A stretch of 64,000 bases of DNA, from NCBI RefSeq assembly GCF_001194135.2, contig NC_068984.1, forward strand, positions 39,684,991 through 39,748,990. Direction: 5' to 3'. Made by a program: the position numbers and the translations under genes. This DNA comes from Octopus bimaculoides (taxonomy: Eukaryota). Positions 37,944-51,900 of this stretch are shown here, piece after piece (position 1 is the first letter of the stretch; each line of letters opens with the position of its first letter). Below the pieces are notes generated by a model. The model was not told where the DNA came from and searched no databases. It was given only the letters and a program-made list of their open reading frames with translations.

Positions 37944-38509
37944 GCATACACACATATTGACATACATAGATACATACATATATAGAGAGAGGAAGGAGGG
38001 TAAAAAGGCAGATAAATACAAGTAGGCTTAATGTGTATATGTATATGAAACACAAAATAAAGATTACAGAATAACCTAAACAAAAGGAGTTATGTAACAT
38101 TCTTATCTCAACAGCTGTTTTGGGAGCACCATGTCTTATTTCATAACCACATTCATGTGTAACAGATGCACATGGTGCCATAGGTTTGTGTAATAAGATA
38201 AACTCCAGTAAATTTGTTAGGCCAAGCCAGGTGATCCTCGTTGGGAGAAGAATGGCAAGTGGTCTCAATTCCTCAACCAGCAGTACATTGTGTTCTTCAG
38301 CAAAGTACTTTATTTCACATTGCCCCAATCTGCTCAGCTGTAAATGGGTAACTCTGTGATGGACTGTCATTTTGTTCAGGGGTTGTGTTAGCTTATCTGC
38401 CTACCCAACAAGGTGGCATCATTTGAAAGTTACAGTGTGAGGAAGTGCATTGTGAGCAGTGGTGTATAACCACATCTGATAGTCTGACCGATACTGTGAT
38501 ATATATATA

Positions 38510-38900
38510 CATGGCTCTGTGGTAAGAAGTTCGCTTCCCAACCACATAGTTTCAGATTCAGTCCCACTGCATGGCACCTTAGGCAAGTGTCTTCTACTAC
38601 AGCCTCAAGCTGACCAAAGCCTTGTGAGTAGATTTGGTAGACAGAAACTGAAAGAAGCCCATCATATATATATGTATGTATGTATATTTACATGTGTCTT
38701 TATGTCTGTGTTTCTCCGCCTGACAACTAATGTTGGTGTGTTTACATCTCTGTAACTTAGTGGTTTGGCAAAAGAGACTGATAAAATAAGTACTAGGCTT
38801 ACAAAGAATAAATCCTGGGGTCAATTGCTTTGACTAAAACCCCTTTAAGGCAGTGCTCCAGCATGGCCATAATCAAAATGACTGAAACGAGTAAAAGAAT
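38510..38900 (+). mobile_element. CORE-like SINE, near full length with 3' tail
   Basis: Head atggctctgtggtaagaag, ggcaccttaggcaagtgtctt, tail ggcagtgctccagcatggcc...actgaaacgagtaaaagaat. Confidence 0.85.
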
Positions 38901-39529
38901 GTATACACACACACACACACACACACACACTCCTATTTACATACATGTATACATTTATATACATACAGATATATATGTGTGTGTGTGCATGCATGTATGT
39001 GAGAGAGAGAGAGAGATTTTAGATTCAGTTCCACTGCACAGCATCTTGGGCAAGTGTTTACCATTAATATAATCCCAGACCAACTGATACTTGTGAGCAA
39101 ATTTGGTAAACAGAAACTCTACAATTTGTATGTATCTGCATGTATGCATATATGGAGGTTTGAGAGCGTTTGTGTGTGTATGCATATGTATATCTGTGAG
39201 AATATTTATATTCTTCACTGTGCTGAGCTACTGGTGGTATGGTTTGGTGACATACCCCTATTAGCAAATTGTACAATAGATTTGCACTTTCAAGGGTGAG
39301 GTGGATTATTTGTAAAATAGGACAGGTTTACAAGAAAGGCATCCAACTGTAATATGGTGCTTCAGTAATAAGTATTTGTTTACACTGTACATATTACCAG
39401 CATGGAAAAACAGAGTAATATGAATGAACAAATGTGTGTTAGTGTATGTTTCATAAGTATGTGAATGGTTTGTGTGTAGGTATAAATCAAATATTGTGCA
39501 TATATATATATATATATATCTGCCAGGGG

Positions 39530-40200
39530 TGTAGCCAGCTCACTTATGCGTACCTTTCTTTCACTGGACACTAAACTCTGCTCGCGAAGACCTGTTGAGG
39601 CAAGTGAAATCGAAATCGAACCAATTTCAATGACTGGCACCTGTGCCAACCTCTCCTTCATTGGATACTAAACTCAGCTTGCGAAGACCTGTTTGGGCAA
39701 GTGAAATCGAAATCGTGATTGAACCAAATTCGCTGACTGGTACCTGTGCCAGTGGAGCGCTAAGAGCACTGTCCGAGCATGATCATTGCCAGAGCAGCTG
39801 TCTGGCTTCCGTGCCAGTGGCACATAAATAGCACCATTTGAGCATGATCATTACCAGCATCCCCTTACTGGCACTTGTGCTGGTGACACGTGAAAAAACA
39901 TTTGAACAAGGTCGTTGCCAGTGCCGCTGGACTGGCTCATGTGCAGGTGACATGTAAAAAACACTATTTTGAGTGTGGCCGTTGCCAGTACCACCTGACT
40001 GGCCCTCATGCCTGTGGCATGTAAAAGCACCCACTACACTCTCGGAGTGGTTGGTGTTAGGAAGGGCATCCAGCTGTAGAAACTCTGCCAGATCAGATTG
40101 TAGCTTGGTGCAGCCATCTGGTTCACCAGTCCTCAGTCAAATCGTCCAACCCATGCTAGCATGGAAGGTGGACGTTAAACGATGATGATGATGATGATGA
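39530..40200 (+). mobile_element. RTE-type 3' UTR-derived element with (GAT)n tail
   Basis: Terminal ~170 nt match 16425-16605; internal ~95-bp tandem duplication. Confidence 0.85.
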
Positions 40201-40904
40201 TACATGTCTATGTATATCTATGCTTGTAGCATGTACACATGTGTATATGATGTGACTGTATAATTATGTAGATATGTATGTGTGTCTGTATGTATGTATA
40301 TATTTATGTGCACGTGTGCTTAAGTGTTTATGTATGCAGTATGTGTTTGCAAGAGTATATGCTCACATACTTTATATGTGCTTATGTGTTGTATTGTGTA
40401 TGCATATTAATACTCACATGATTATGTGTATATGTATGTGTGTGTAATTGTATTGTGCACATGTGCATATTTCTTATGTTTTTACACTATTTTCCAATTT
40501 CCTTTTTTCCCACTTCCCTTTCTTATGAGAAGATTTTGAAATTTATCATCATATAACTCTCGAACAGTATTTTTTTCATCAAACAATCTGCAAACACTGT
40601 AATTCATGACTTTATAATATAATAATGAGTGAACTCATGATTTTAAGGCAAGTTGCCATGGCACAAAACTATTAACCCTTGAATTACTTTCATAACTTTT
40701 GTGTTAATTAATGCTAACCATTTTTCCATGCTTGCATGTGCCACATAGTTCACAAAGTAAATTAGTTGGCATTAGAAAGGGCACCCAGTCATAGAAACCA
40801 TGCCAAAGCTGCCACTGGAGCTTGATGCAACATTTTGGTTCTCTGGATTCTGTCAAACCATCCAAGCCATGCCAACATGGAAAACAGACATTAAATAATT
40901 ACAC

Positions 40905-41020
<116 letters not shown>

Positions 41021-41099
41021 TTTTGGCCAACCTATGATCAGAGGCATTTCATCCCTGTTCATCTGTTTTCTTTTTCCTGTGTATGGAATCCAAGATCAT

Positions 41100-42000
41100 T
41101 TCCTGTGAGTTCTCTATGTCAGTGGAGCTTAATTTTAATGGTGAATTGGTTGCTATTTCTGGTTTGACAACCACATAGAGGCTCTGACATTGGTTTGATT
41201 GCTTCTTTTAGTTTGCAGGCATCCAGTCTTATTGGCACAGTTCTACCATCTTCCTTGCACTTTCGTGTCACAGACAAATTGCGTGTGATATATATCAATA
41301 TGTGATCTGTGAGGCAGTCAACCTCTATCTTCTTCATGGTACATGTGCAGTTTATATTTGCAATGTTGTCCATGCATGTCAGTATATAGTTCAGCATATG
41401 TCATTGATGTGATTGCAGATGACAACAGCTGTAAAATCATCTTTCAGGAAGCTAGGTGTTTGTTGCAACCAGATCATTTCTGGAGAATATGTGAAGTAAG
41501 GGTTGTTTTGCAAAGTAACCTAAACTTCAGTCCCATATTTGATAATCCCTCCCCACTCTTGCATTAAAATAGCTGCAGACAAGTAGCTTGTTTGTTGTTG
41601 GAACAATGTCCAAGTATCTTCATAGTGAATCATAGAAATTCTCTTTATTTTGCCTGTCATCATAGGAGTATAGATACTAAAAACAATTATATCTCGATTT
41701 CCCAGCCAGGGTCAATCTCAACTATTGGTTATAGCAACAGGAAATGGTACCAGTTTGCTGATGAAAGTTTTCAATGGCTCACCCAACACTAGTTTCACTC
41801 TGCACAGCATCCTTGTTTCCTGACCAGAAGAAGCTGTAAGTTTGCTCTTGTAACTCTCCTGGCCTTTCACTTGTGTTTCTGACAGTGTAGCAATGTCTTT
41901 AATATAACATATCACTTATTTGGGCCTTCCAGAATTGGCTACTTCCAACATTGTCCTGAAGATCCAAGATCCAAAAATTAATTTGACATGTTTTTTCTTC
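41100..42000 (-). mobile_element. RTE/BovB-like LINE, apurinic endonuclease region (decayed)
   Basis: Minus frames give DIATLSETQ, FISKLVPFPVAITN and LNYILT...DCLTDHIL. Confidence 0.75.
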
Positions 42001-42394
42001 TTGCTGTATTTTGACCACAGAAAAAGAGCACCACTAGGTATGATAACTCAGTCAGGTTAACATGAGCGTGTGGTTTGTATCCATCTTTTTTATTGGAACA
42101 TCTGCATATTGGAGCAAGCATCGTAATCCTGAAATAGCAGTACATGGTCAATGAAATAGGATCTTGGGCCATTGCCATGCTTCAACATAAAATTACAACC
42201 ATCACATTCAAACTACCAGTGTGCAAATTGTCAAGTAGCAGTTCTAGCTTCTCAAGCTTGCTACTTTAGCCAGTTATCACTTCTGTGCTTTTTCCTTCTT
42301 ATGCACCATGCCCTTGCTACTGACTGAGCCCAAGTAGTCACATACTAGACTCTTACTCTTATCCCAGCAGAACATCAAAAATGTGACAACTGGA

Positions 42395-42952
42395 AGATGC
42401 CAGAGCAGCGGTCTCGCTTCCGTGCCAGTGGCACGTAAAAAGCCCATTTGAGCGCGATTGTTTCCAGTTTCACCTTACTGGCACTTATGCCAGTGGCATG
42501 TGAACAAAACATTGGACTGACTTCTGTGCAGATGGCACATAAAAAAAAACACCATTTGAATGTGGCTGTTGCCAGTACCGCCGGACTGGCCCTCATGCCG
42601 GTGGCACGTAAAAAGCCCATTTGAGCACGATCGTTTCCAGTTTCACCTTGCTGGCACCTGTGCCAGTGGCAATGTGAACAAAACATTGGACTGACTCCTG
42701 TGCAGATGGCACGTAAGAAAACATCATTTGAGCGTGGCCGTTGCCAGTACCGCCAGACTGGCCCTCATGCCGGTGGCACGTAAAAAGCACCCACTACACT
42801 CTCGGAGTGGTTGGCGTTAGGAAGGGCATCCAGCTGTAGAAACTCTGCCAGATCAGATTGGAGTCTGGTGTAACCATCTGGTTCGCCAGTCCCCCAGTCA
42901 AATCGTCCAACCTATGCTAGCATGGAAAGCGGACGTTAAATGATGATGATGA
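42395..42952 (+). mobile_element. RTE-type 3' UTR element containing two ~173-bp tandem units
   Basis: gtggcacgtaaaaagc recurs at 42428, 42601 and 42773; shared terminal segment and gat tail. Confidence 0.85.
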
Positions 42953-43809
42953 TTGGAGCAAGGTTTATTTGATAGTAACTTTATCCACCATTATAAAGTG
43001 GTATCATAGAATGTGTACAGTTTTTTTTTTCTTTATTGATCCAACAGTGCTAACAGTTGGATCACTGTTCAATAAATTATGTTTATTCACAGCTAATCTT
43101 TAAATCCAGAAGCCATTCCACTACCCACCATCTGTAGGCATACTCTTTATTTATTTATCTAGCTGCAAAGTTACATAAGTGACTCACAGATCAAGAGTTT
43201 CATGAGTTTAGAGTGATTTTCATGCTTGAATGGCATGACCATGTCAATCAAAAGCTAGGCATGAAATTTCAAACTCTTATATAAGACAAATGGTTACAAT
43301 AGATTTCATACCTTTCTGTTTATATACTTTTTTAACAAATATAGCAAAGTTACCTGACAACTGAAAAAATTCAATTGGTTTGTAATAATTTTCTTAATTA
43401 ACCAATCAAGCATGCTTAATGTATAAGCCTGCAATACGAACTTATAAAAAAACTCTTGATTGTAACCTAAGGGCAGGGATAGGGAGAAGTAGACGGATCT
43501 TTTGGTTGACATATTGTTAGTCAGTGACACATTATTTGAACTCTCACTTCTCATCTTATAGAAACAAAGTTTTGACTGTTGCTGCAAGATTTTTCATTTG
43601 AAAATGCCACACACTGAATATGCATTAATAGTTGTTTTAACAACTTTTCAGCAAGATCTCAACAAAACTATAACACATTATTTGTCCATCTATCTTTTCT
43701 ACCAGCTATTCCTGAGATGGTTGTATAGATAGAGTCCTTGGGCACCTCCTCTATAGAGTCCTATCAAAAGCAACCATTATTAGATTTTCCTGCTGGATTC
43801 CGAAGCATG

Positions 43810-44140
43810 ACCAACTGAGACTATGGACATTATCCAACTGTCTCCTTCTTCAATTCAGTTTTCATGCCTATCCTCACCTATGGTCATGAATGTTGGATAA
43901 TAACTGAAGGAGCACAATAGTCAATACAGGAAGCTGAAATGGGCTTCATCCAAAGGATCTCTAGAGTTAACCTTACTCAACAGGGTGCATAGCTCAGACA
44001 TCAAGGAGTTTTTCCAGGTTGAACCACTTCTTTTTCATTTTGAGAGGTCACATCTCCAGTACAACAAACATGTGGTTAGAATGTTGCAGGAAAGAATTGC
44101 AAAACAGATTCTTCAAACTATGCCAACCGGCAGGAGACAA
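43810..44140 (+). mobile_element. RTE-like LINE 3' fragment (second subfamily)
   Basis: SVFMPILTYGHECW...IQEAEMGFIQRI...EPLLFHFERS...RMLQERIAKQILQ..PTGRR. Confidence 0.8.
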
Positions 44141-45949
44141 ATTATATAGAAAAACTATATTTATGCTATTCTGTTTTTAAATTCTTCTATCAAATTTGGT
44201 AGGATGAATATGAACTGAGATGTTTTAACTTAATTCAGTTTTCCTTGCTACCAACTTTCTTGAAACATTAAACTAGATGCCACTAGATATTTCATTTAAT
44301 TGGATAAATTGAATGTTGTTACAAAAAACTGGAATATGAAGTTCATTTTAAATATATTTTCTATGAAGTTACTTAATTGCTATTTCTTAGCTCTGCACAT
44401 GCTCTTACATGCTTCATTAAAATGTAACAAAAAGCTTTGTGAATAGAATATTACTAGAATATTGTATTAGCCTTCAGCTGTTGATGATTATGATATTAAT
44501 CAGCTTAAATTTTATTGTTGGGAAATACTTTAATCTCTACTAAACTCTTATCAGATGCACAAAATTCTTGACTCTTGAGTAATTCATGCAGCTTTATGGC
44601 TAAATAACTCTCTGCTTTTGTATATTAAGTTCTACAATTTGTACCACCATACCTATATATCAAACCAAATCACACTGGAACCTGTTGCAGCTTGCCAGCT
44701 CTAATCAAATTGTCCAACCCATGACAGTATGGAAAACAACATTAAAAGATGATGAATCTCTGCTGTTTGATGAATTAATATGTAAGTGGGTGAGCATTCC
44801 ACAGACATGTGTACCCTTAATATAATTCTTAGGTAGAATCAGTGTGACACCATATGTGACGAGACTGTGCCATCCATCCAGTTTCACTCACAAGGTGTGG
44901 TTCAATCAAGCACACACCACAACAACTATTGGGGTTAACTTTGCAGCTTGCAAAGCAAAAGAAAGCTCTCATTTATTGTTATAAGGATAGTGATGAGGAG
45001 AATTACAGAAGAACGGTATTTGGGTAGGAATAATGAAGACAGGGGAAAGGGGAAGAGAAAGCATCGAGGGTAGGCAAAAGGAAGAGGAGAACAAAGTGGG
45101 GTTGAGTTAAGTGGACTGAGTGGCATAGTCTACCTTCTCTGCCGACATGGGTTTGGATGGTTCTTCAGAATTCAAGACAGTTTTTATTGGAGTTACACAA
45201 GTTCATTGTTAAAAGAGGGTAGTAGGGAAGAGACTAGCTGTGGCAGTTTTTGGGAAGTGCGGTTTAGGAGGCAAGGTGAACAGTATCAGTAGGATGGGGA
45301 TAGTGAGAGCAAGATAGAAAGTGTAGGATGGTAAGGAGGGTTGAGCTGAAGGAGATGCAGTGCTGCCCCATGTTATACATGGATGGATAGAGTGATGTAT
45401 GTAGGAATAATAAGATGGAAGGGGATAGCAGGGGTGAAAGGGGAAAGTAATGTCAGAGGATAAGTGGGACAGAATGAAAGTGATAAGGGTGGTGAGGAAG
45501 GTTGAGCAGTAGCAGATGCAGTGTTACCCCATGTTATGTATGGATCGATAGAGTAGTACACGAAAATGATAATGAGATGCCAAGGTGTGTCTTTAAGGTA
45601 ACATGTCTAAGAGAACTTGGTGACAGGAGGATTAGTGATGGTGAATAAAATTTGCCAGAGTGAAATCCTGTCCCCCACTCCAAACATTATGATTTAGGAG
45701 GAAAGCAGAAGGAGAGGTAGCTGGAATGTAGGTGGTGGATGTATGGGAAAAGGAGATATTCAGTATGCACAAATCAAGTACTTCCCTCCAAGTTATGGGT
45801 GGCATGACACAGTGAGTAGAAAAGATGATGGGGAGATGGAAGGATACATAATTGCCACACCATTTAGGAGAATGAATAGTGGAAGGGCCATGAGAATATA
45901 GTATATATATTAGGTAAGGAAGGTGTGTGTGCACCGTAACCTGCTATTT

Positions 45950-47080
45950 CAACCAGTATTTCATCAAGCTTGCATGGGAGATCAGGTCTTCTGCAGCACC
46001 ATATATCACTGGCCAATATGGTCTTCTGTCATTTCTTCACCTTATCCCAAGTCTTCCTTGTTTTTACCTCTTCCACATGTATCATTCATTTTGAGGGTTT
46101 GACACTTGCTTGTGTAGATGTCATCCACCATCTGCATCACATGCCTATACCATCACAATCTCCTCACTTGCAAACTACTTCTGATTCTCCTTATACTCAG
46201 TTTGTCTCAGTTATACTTCATCACTCATGCACTCTAGCATACTCAGCAAAGCATGCTTGCCTCACTTTTTTCTCCTTGCTGTGCACAGCACATGCCACAT
46301 ACGTGCATCAGATAATCTGCCCTTCACCTTGAAGGTTAAGCTGTTTGTTGTTAGCAGAGGTGGTAGCTTCCCGAGCTTTCTCCAATCCATTCATATTCTG
46401 CCAACCACACTTTTAGAATATCTACACCCACTGCTAATTTAATTTGGTTGCCTAAGTGGCAAAAGTTATCAACTACTTCTAGGGAGTTGTCTGGGGTTTG
46501 AGAGAATCTATTTTCTGAGTGCTCTAAATGTTTACTATCCTTGTACACCTGCTGCATGAAATCTATGTTTTCTGTTAACCTACCTGTGATCTCACTGCCC
46601 CTTTTGTGTCTATTATTTTATCCTGGGAACACCTTATAGAATTTCTACTAACTTCTGTTCTGCAGACAGAACACAGCCATTTCCCTGATGCCATAAGGGC
46701 CTTGTATTCCTTCCTACTTGATAAATCTTTTGCTTTCACTTAGTTTACTTCAATACAAGATTTTGCTTCTATGTCTGGAATTTTAGCTTCAATTCTTCTA
46801 CAGATTCTGTTATGCGAGTTAAAAATCATCAACACACAGTTGTTCCCAAAGGCAACTGCTCATAAATACTTCTATAATGGCTCGGAGGATTATCATGAAT
46901 AGGAGTGTGTTGAGAGCCGAACCCTGATGTACCCCCAACCAGCACACTAAATTCATTGCTGAGGTAATTGCTGATTCTTACCTTGCTAGGCTGCTCTTTC
47001 ATATATAGCTTGTACAGCCCTCACAATCCATTCATCTGCAACAGACGGCTAGATATGAAGTTCTACAAGATGGAGCTATT
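45950..47080 (-). mobile_element. RTE-clade LINE RT core and 3' part (decayed)
   Basis: Minus frames give DEWIVRAVQA, GVHQGSALNTLLFMI, a degenerate YADD (CVDD) and LEVVDNFCHLG. Confidence 0.85.
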
Positions 47081-49899
47081 TTTTTATTTATCATATTCAT
47101 TTAAAATAATTAACCAGTATTTAAACTTTCACTAAATTTTGTAGAAAGGTATCATTCATCTCCTTACTACAAGCAAAATACATTTTATAAAGTTTACCAT
47201 TTACTCATCTGCCCTCACTCTCCCTGGAATAAACAATCTACAATGTTTCCCGCTCCACCAAAATTAACAGCTTAGAACTTCCCATCTGCATCATCAACAT
47301 TGACAGCCTAATTCCTACTTCTACTGATACTCAGGCTTAAGCACTCTTAATCCTTGATGCGCAGAGGAGACATAGACTCTGCAAATCACAAGAAAGGCAA
47401 ACTATAAAAACTAAGTAGAGGTAAAAAGGATTCTTTCAGCTTACTACAGATAACTTCAATAGTGCTGGTGTTAAAATACACCTAGTCCACACTGTAAAAT
47501 GATTGGTGACAGGAAGCACATCCAACTGTAAAATCCATACTAAAAAATAAGGAATGAATGAAGAGACATAGATTCTGAAAAAAAAAAACCCTAGTACAGA
47601 ACAGAAAGAGGAGGCTCTTTAAACTCACTGCATGGAACTTTTTTTATTACTGTTGACATGATGAAATGCACCTAGACTATGGGTACTGTAGGGGCCCATT
47701 CAACCCATGTTAGCATGGAGAAACAAACATAAATGTTAATATGGAGATGATAATTTTATACTCACTTTTTTTTTGTGTGTATATATATATATATNNNNNN
47801 NNNNNNNNNNNNNNNNNNNNNNNNNNNNNNNNNNNNNNNNNNNNNNNNNNNNNNNNNNNNNNNNNNNNNNNNNNNNNNNNNNNNNNNNNNNNNNNNNNNN
47901 NNNNNNNNNNNNNNNNNNNNNNNNNNNNNNNNNNNNNNNNNNNNNNNNNNNNNNNNNNNNNNNNNNNNNNNNNNNNNNNNNNNNNNNNNNNNNNNNNNNN
48001 NNNNNNNNNNNNNNNNNNNNNNNNNNNNTATATATATTGCAACATATGAGTGTAATTCGGATGTTAGTTTTCCAAAGGGCTAAAAAGTATTTTAAAATTA
48101 TCATTGAATTTTATTAAAATAGCTAAATATGCTGGCACACAAATATACACATTAAAATATACCTTTAGGCACAGGTATGACTGTCTGGTTAAGAAGTTCG
48201 GTTTGCAGTCATGTAGTTTCAGGTTCGCCCAGCTTGAACAAGTGTCTTGTGCTTTTACCCAGGATCAGCTAATACCTTGTAAGTGAATTAGGTTGACATA
48301 GCTATATTAAGCTCATTGTGTGTGTTGACATTATGGCATATCACCTTGCACTTTGAAGACCTGTGGAATATATAAATTCCTTACTTGAAAAGCAAGTAAG
48401 TGTTGGTGACAAGAAGAGCATCCAGGTGTAAAATCCTGCCTCAGAATCAACACACATCCAAGCCATGCTAGCATAGAAAAATGGACATTAAAACATGCAT
48501 CATTGCTATCTTAAGTAGGAATAAGAACCTAAGGACTTTGATAGTAATTTTAGTGATTTAGATGGACTATTTCATTTTCTAAGGATCAATCACTGGTAAA
48601 GTAAGTTCAATTGTTATAGCTTGCCTAGTATAGGCTGATGACTAGGGAAAGTCATATAAATATGTGTAACTGGTAGAACATAAGAGGATGAAATATTACA
48701 TAATTAGGGAAAATGCAATACAAGGCATATGCACCTTGTAAACTAAGTGACCCTTTTCTTTCTTTCTTTTTTCAATTCTTGCCAAGCCAGTTCACCTTAG
48801 CCATGTCATTTGTGTTGTTGAAGACAGCATCTTTTCTGACAATTTGTGTCCCTGTATGTAAGTGAAATATTTATATACATCTTTTTGTATACTGGCTGAA
48901 GAAGTAAGTGGTTGCAGAAACACCTAGTTGTGTATTTTCTTTATACAGATATGTTCAAGGTTCATTCTTTCTATTTAGTTTGTGTAGACATAATCCTCAA
49001 CTAATTTCTAATTAGTTGTAAGGCAATCTCTTTGAATAACTCCATCAATTATGTGAATCAACATGTGGCTTGTTTGGTTTATGTATGCCTAGTTACCATA
49101 CACATACACATCTTTTGACAATCAGCTTCAGCTTGTGAAGCAGATTTATATCTATAAGGATTCTTGAGTAAATCTACACTGTGCGTGCCTGTGTGTGTGT
49201 GTGTGTGTGTGTGTACATACATTAGCTGAATATGATACTGTAACACTCAGAATATAATTATAAAAAAACACATATTGTACTATGTTCTGCAAATGAGCAT
49301 TGAGTTCAAGATACTATTAAAAGCTCCCTTGTTTGCTTATACATCTCTCAGATATTTTTCATCACTCCTCAATTTAACTCTTAACAAAATAGTTTTCTCT
49401 TACTTAAATGTATCAATTCAGCTGAAATTTTTTGACCAGTACAGAAAATAACAATGGATTGACACAAGTGAAAGACAGCACAATATTAGATCAAACTCTC
49501 CTTTCTCTAGCATGTATGTTTATTCATGAAATTTATTCTTAATTTCTTCTAATTATCTTCCCTTCTCTTTGAAACTCACTAACTATTATCACTAGCTCTT
49601 TGTTCTCATCTACAAATATTAACAGAATTGTGTAAAACATTAATGAAAATTTGATAAAATATTTTCTCATAACTTACACTTTTCCAACCAGCTTTCATAA
49701 AACTTTGGCAATTTTGATATAAAATAATTTATGTAATTTTTTAATGACAATCACAACAGTATATTGTTTATTTTTTATTTCTTTCTTCTTTGATAAATTT
49801 ACTCATGTGAAAAGCAGTCATATGAGAGGTAATCTTCCTCCAAATGCTTTTTTGTTGTGTGTGGTGGTTCTGCAGTGGTTAGTTTCATCACTCAGTTAT

Positions 49900-51634
49900 A
49901 TCCTTAGTCAACACACAGGCACTCATAATACTCTTGATCTCTTTCTCACCTCCAAACTCAGTTTTATCAAACTGCCACCAACTCTACATCTATTAGATTC
50001 TCCAAGTACTAAGTAATCAAGGCTCTTACTGCACTTCCACATGCTGATCAGAGTTTCTCACATTTTTGCTAACTATTCTTGGCAGCAAATCTGAAATCAT
50101 CCCTGACCAATCCCTGTCAGCCAAACAGGTGATTGATACCATCCTTTTGTGGCATACACTTTTATATATCTCGCACAACTAAAACCTATTATACCAACTG
50201 TGCTAAATGGTTCACATACAAATGCACTGCATCAATACTGTTGAAGAACATAGCCTACAATGTTTAGACAAATTTATCTCTCCTTCAAGACTATTATTCA
50301 AAAAGCAAAAGATCCCTTTCTTTTGTGCATCATACAAACTTCAAGATCTCCTACCTCCCAAATAGGGCCCTTATCCAAAGGATCTCTGTCAACTTTGCTA
50401 AATACTCCTACACACTACTTACCTTGATGTCTTTATAAGTAACATTCTTGCAGAGAAAACTTCCTCATTTGCTGCTCACTTTGTCTTCCACTCCGCAATG
50501 CATGTACTTGACAAGACTCCTCAAAAACTTTCCTTCGCCATTATGCCTGCCCCATCATCTTGTGCACATACATGCCAAGATTTAAAACACATCTGGTTGC
50601 TTCAAATCAACTATGCCACCAGCTATGACTATATCTCTTCTATTACCTTCAAATGCCACACTTCAGATCTAGCTCCTATCATAACCAAGCTCTTTAATCT
50701 TTCTCTCTTGTAGGGCATCCCAAGAATGGCAACTATTTTGATTGAACCAATTATTAACCTATAATTTTCACTTCTAATATTTCATAGATGATGGAAATAG
50801 TTGTTATTAGTCATCTTGTGCAATACATAGAGCCTTTCTTTTTCCTTGCTACCCATTGGTGTAACTTCCATAGGACCACTTCTACTGAGGATCAGCTTTC
50901 CTATCTTACTTTCTAGTCATTTCTCATCTTTGAGAAATTCAGTGAACATAATGTAATGTTGTATTTGACATCAACAAAATATTTAACTGTATCAGCATGG
51001 GGATCTCTGAGTTAAGCTGCCTGCCTATAGGCTTTATCTCCCTTTCATTTCTTGGACTGTAAGCTTCCTGTCAGATTGCACCATTGCATTTTGTGCTGAT
51101 AGTGCTTCTCTGACCCACACCCTATCAATTCATCCGAATCCCAGACATCTGTTATGTTCCTAAAGACAATCTTCTTTCTATTTATTAACAAATACTCATC
51201 ACTCCTCCCTAACCTTACAAACATTGATGCCATCCACATGCAACCTAGACACCTCACTTGAAACCTACACTGCTCCATGAACAGAAACCTCAGAGATATT
51301 TTCCAATTAGGACATGAAAATCATATTTCTTTCAACAGTACAAAGACATATACTGTTCATATCAAAGAAACACTCACTCTGCTTGTGGGTAACACACAAT
51401 TAAAACTCTAAAAGTTGCTTCAAATGCTTGACCTGCCAGTATCACATGATCTTGGCTACCTCACATTCATAACAAGCATAGCATAAACTATATCCCAAAG
51501 ACTAACCTTCCTTTTCCAAGCCAGAAAATATTTCATTTTCAATTAGCTACTAACCTCTTACGAAGCTCAGATAAAACCAACAGTGTAATACTACACCCTC
51601 ATTTAGAATGCTACTGCTGCTGCTGCCTGCATGT

Positions 51635-51686
<52 letters not shown>

Positions 51687-51900
51687 CCAAACAAACTTTT
51701 TCTTCACTACTTCAGTAGTTTCTGCTCTTTGGAATTGAGTAGTTGTATATCACCCCTACCAAAGTTATATTGTTTCACATTAATTGCTAATCTTAACCCC
51801 AGTCCTCCCTTCCACGACTTCAGCTGTCTGGAATTCCCTGCTTGCACACATTTACCTGCAAACATCAACATGAATCATTTTTTTAAAATTTTGGATGCTT
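49900..51900 (+). mobile_element. Decayed CR1/L2-like LINE (endonuclease end to 3' end)
   Basis: NTLDLFLTS, DLAPIITKLFNLSL, SFNSTK, YEAQIKPT, then WNSL-like 3' motif; interrupted by (CA)n. Confidence 0.7.

Noticed and set aside
48625-48660. CTGATGA followed by GAAA (possible hammerhead)
   Set aside because: No stem II of workable length and no consistent stems I and III.
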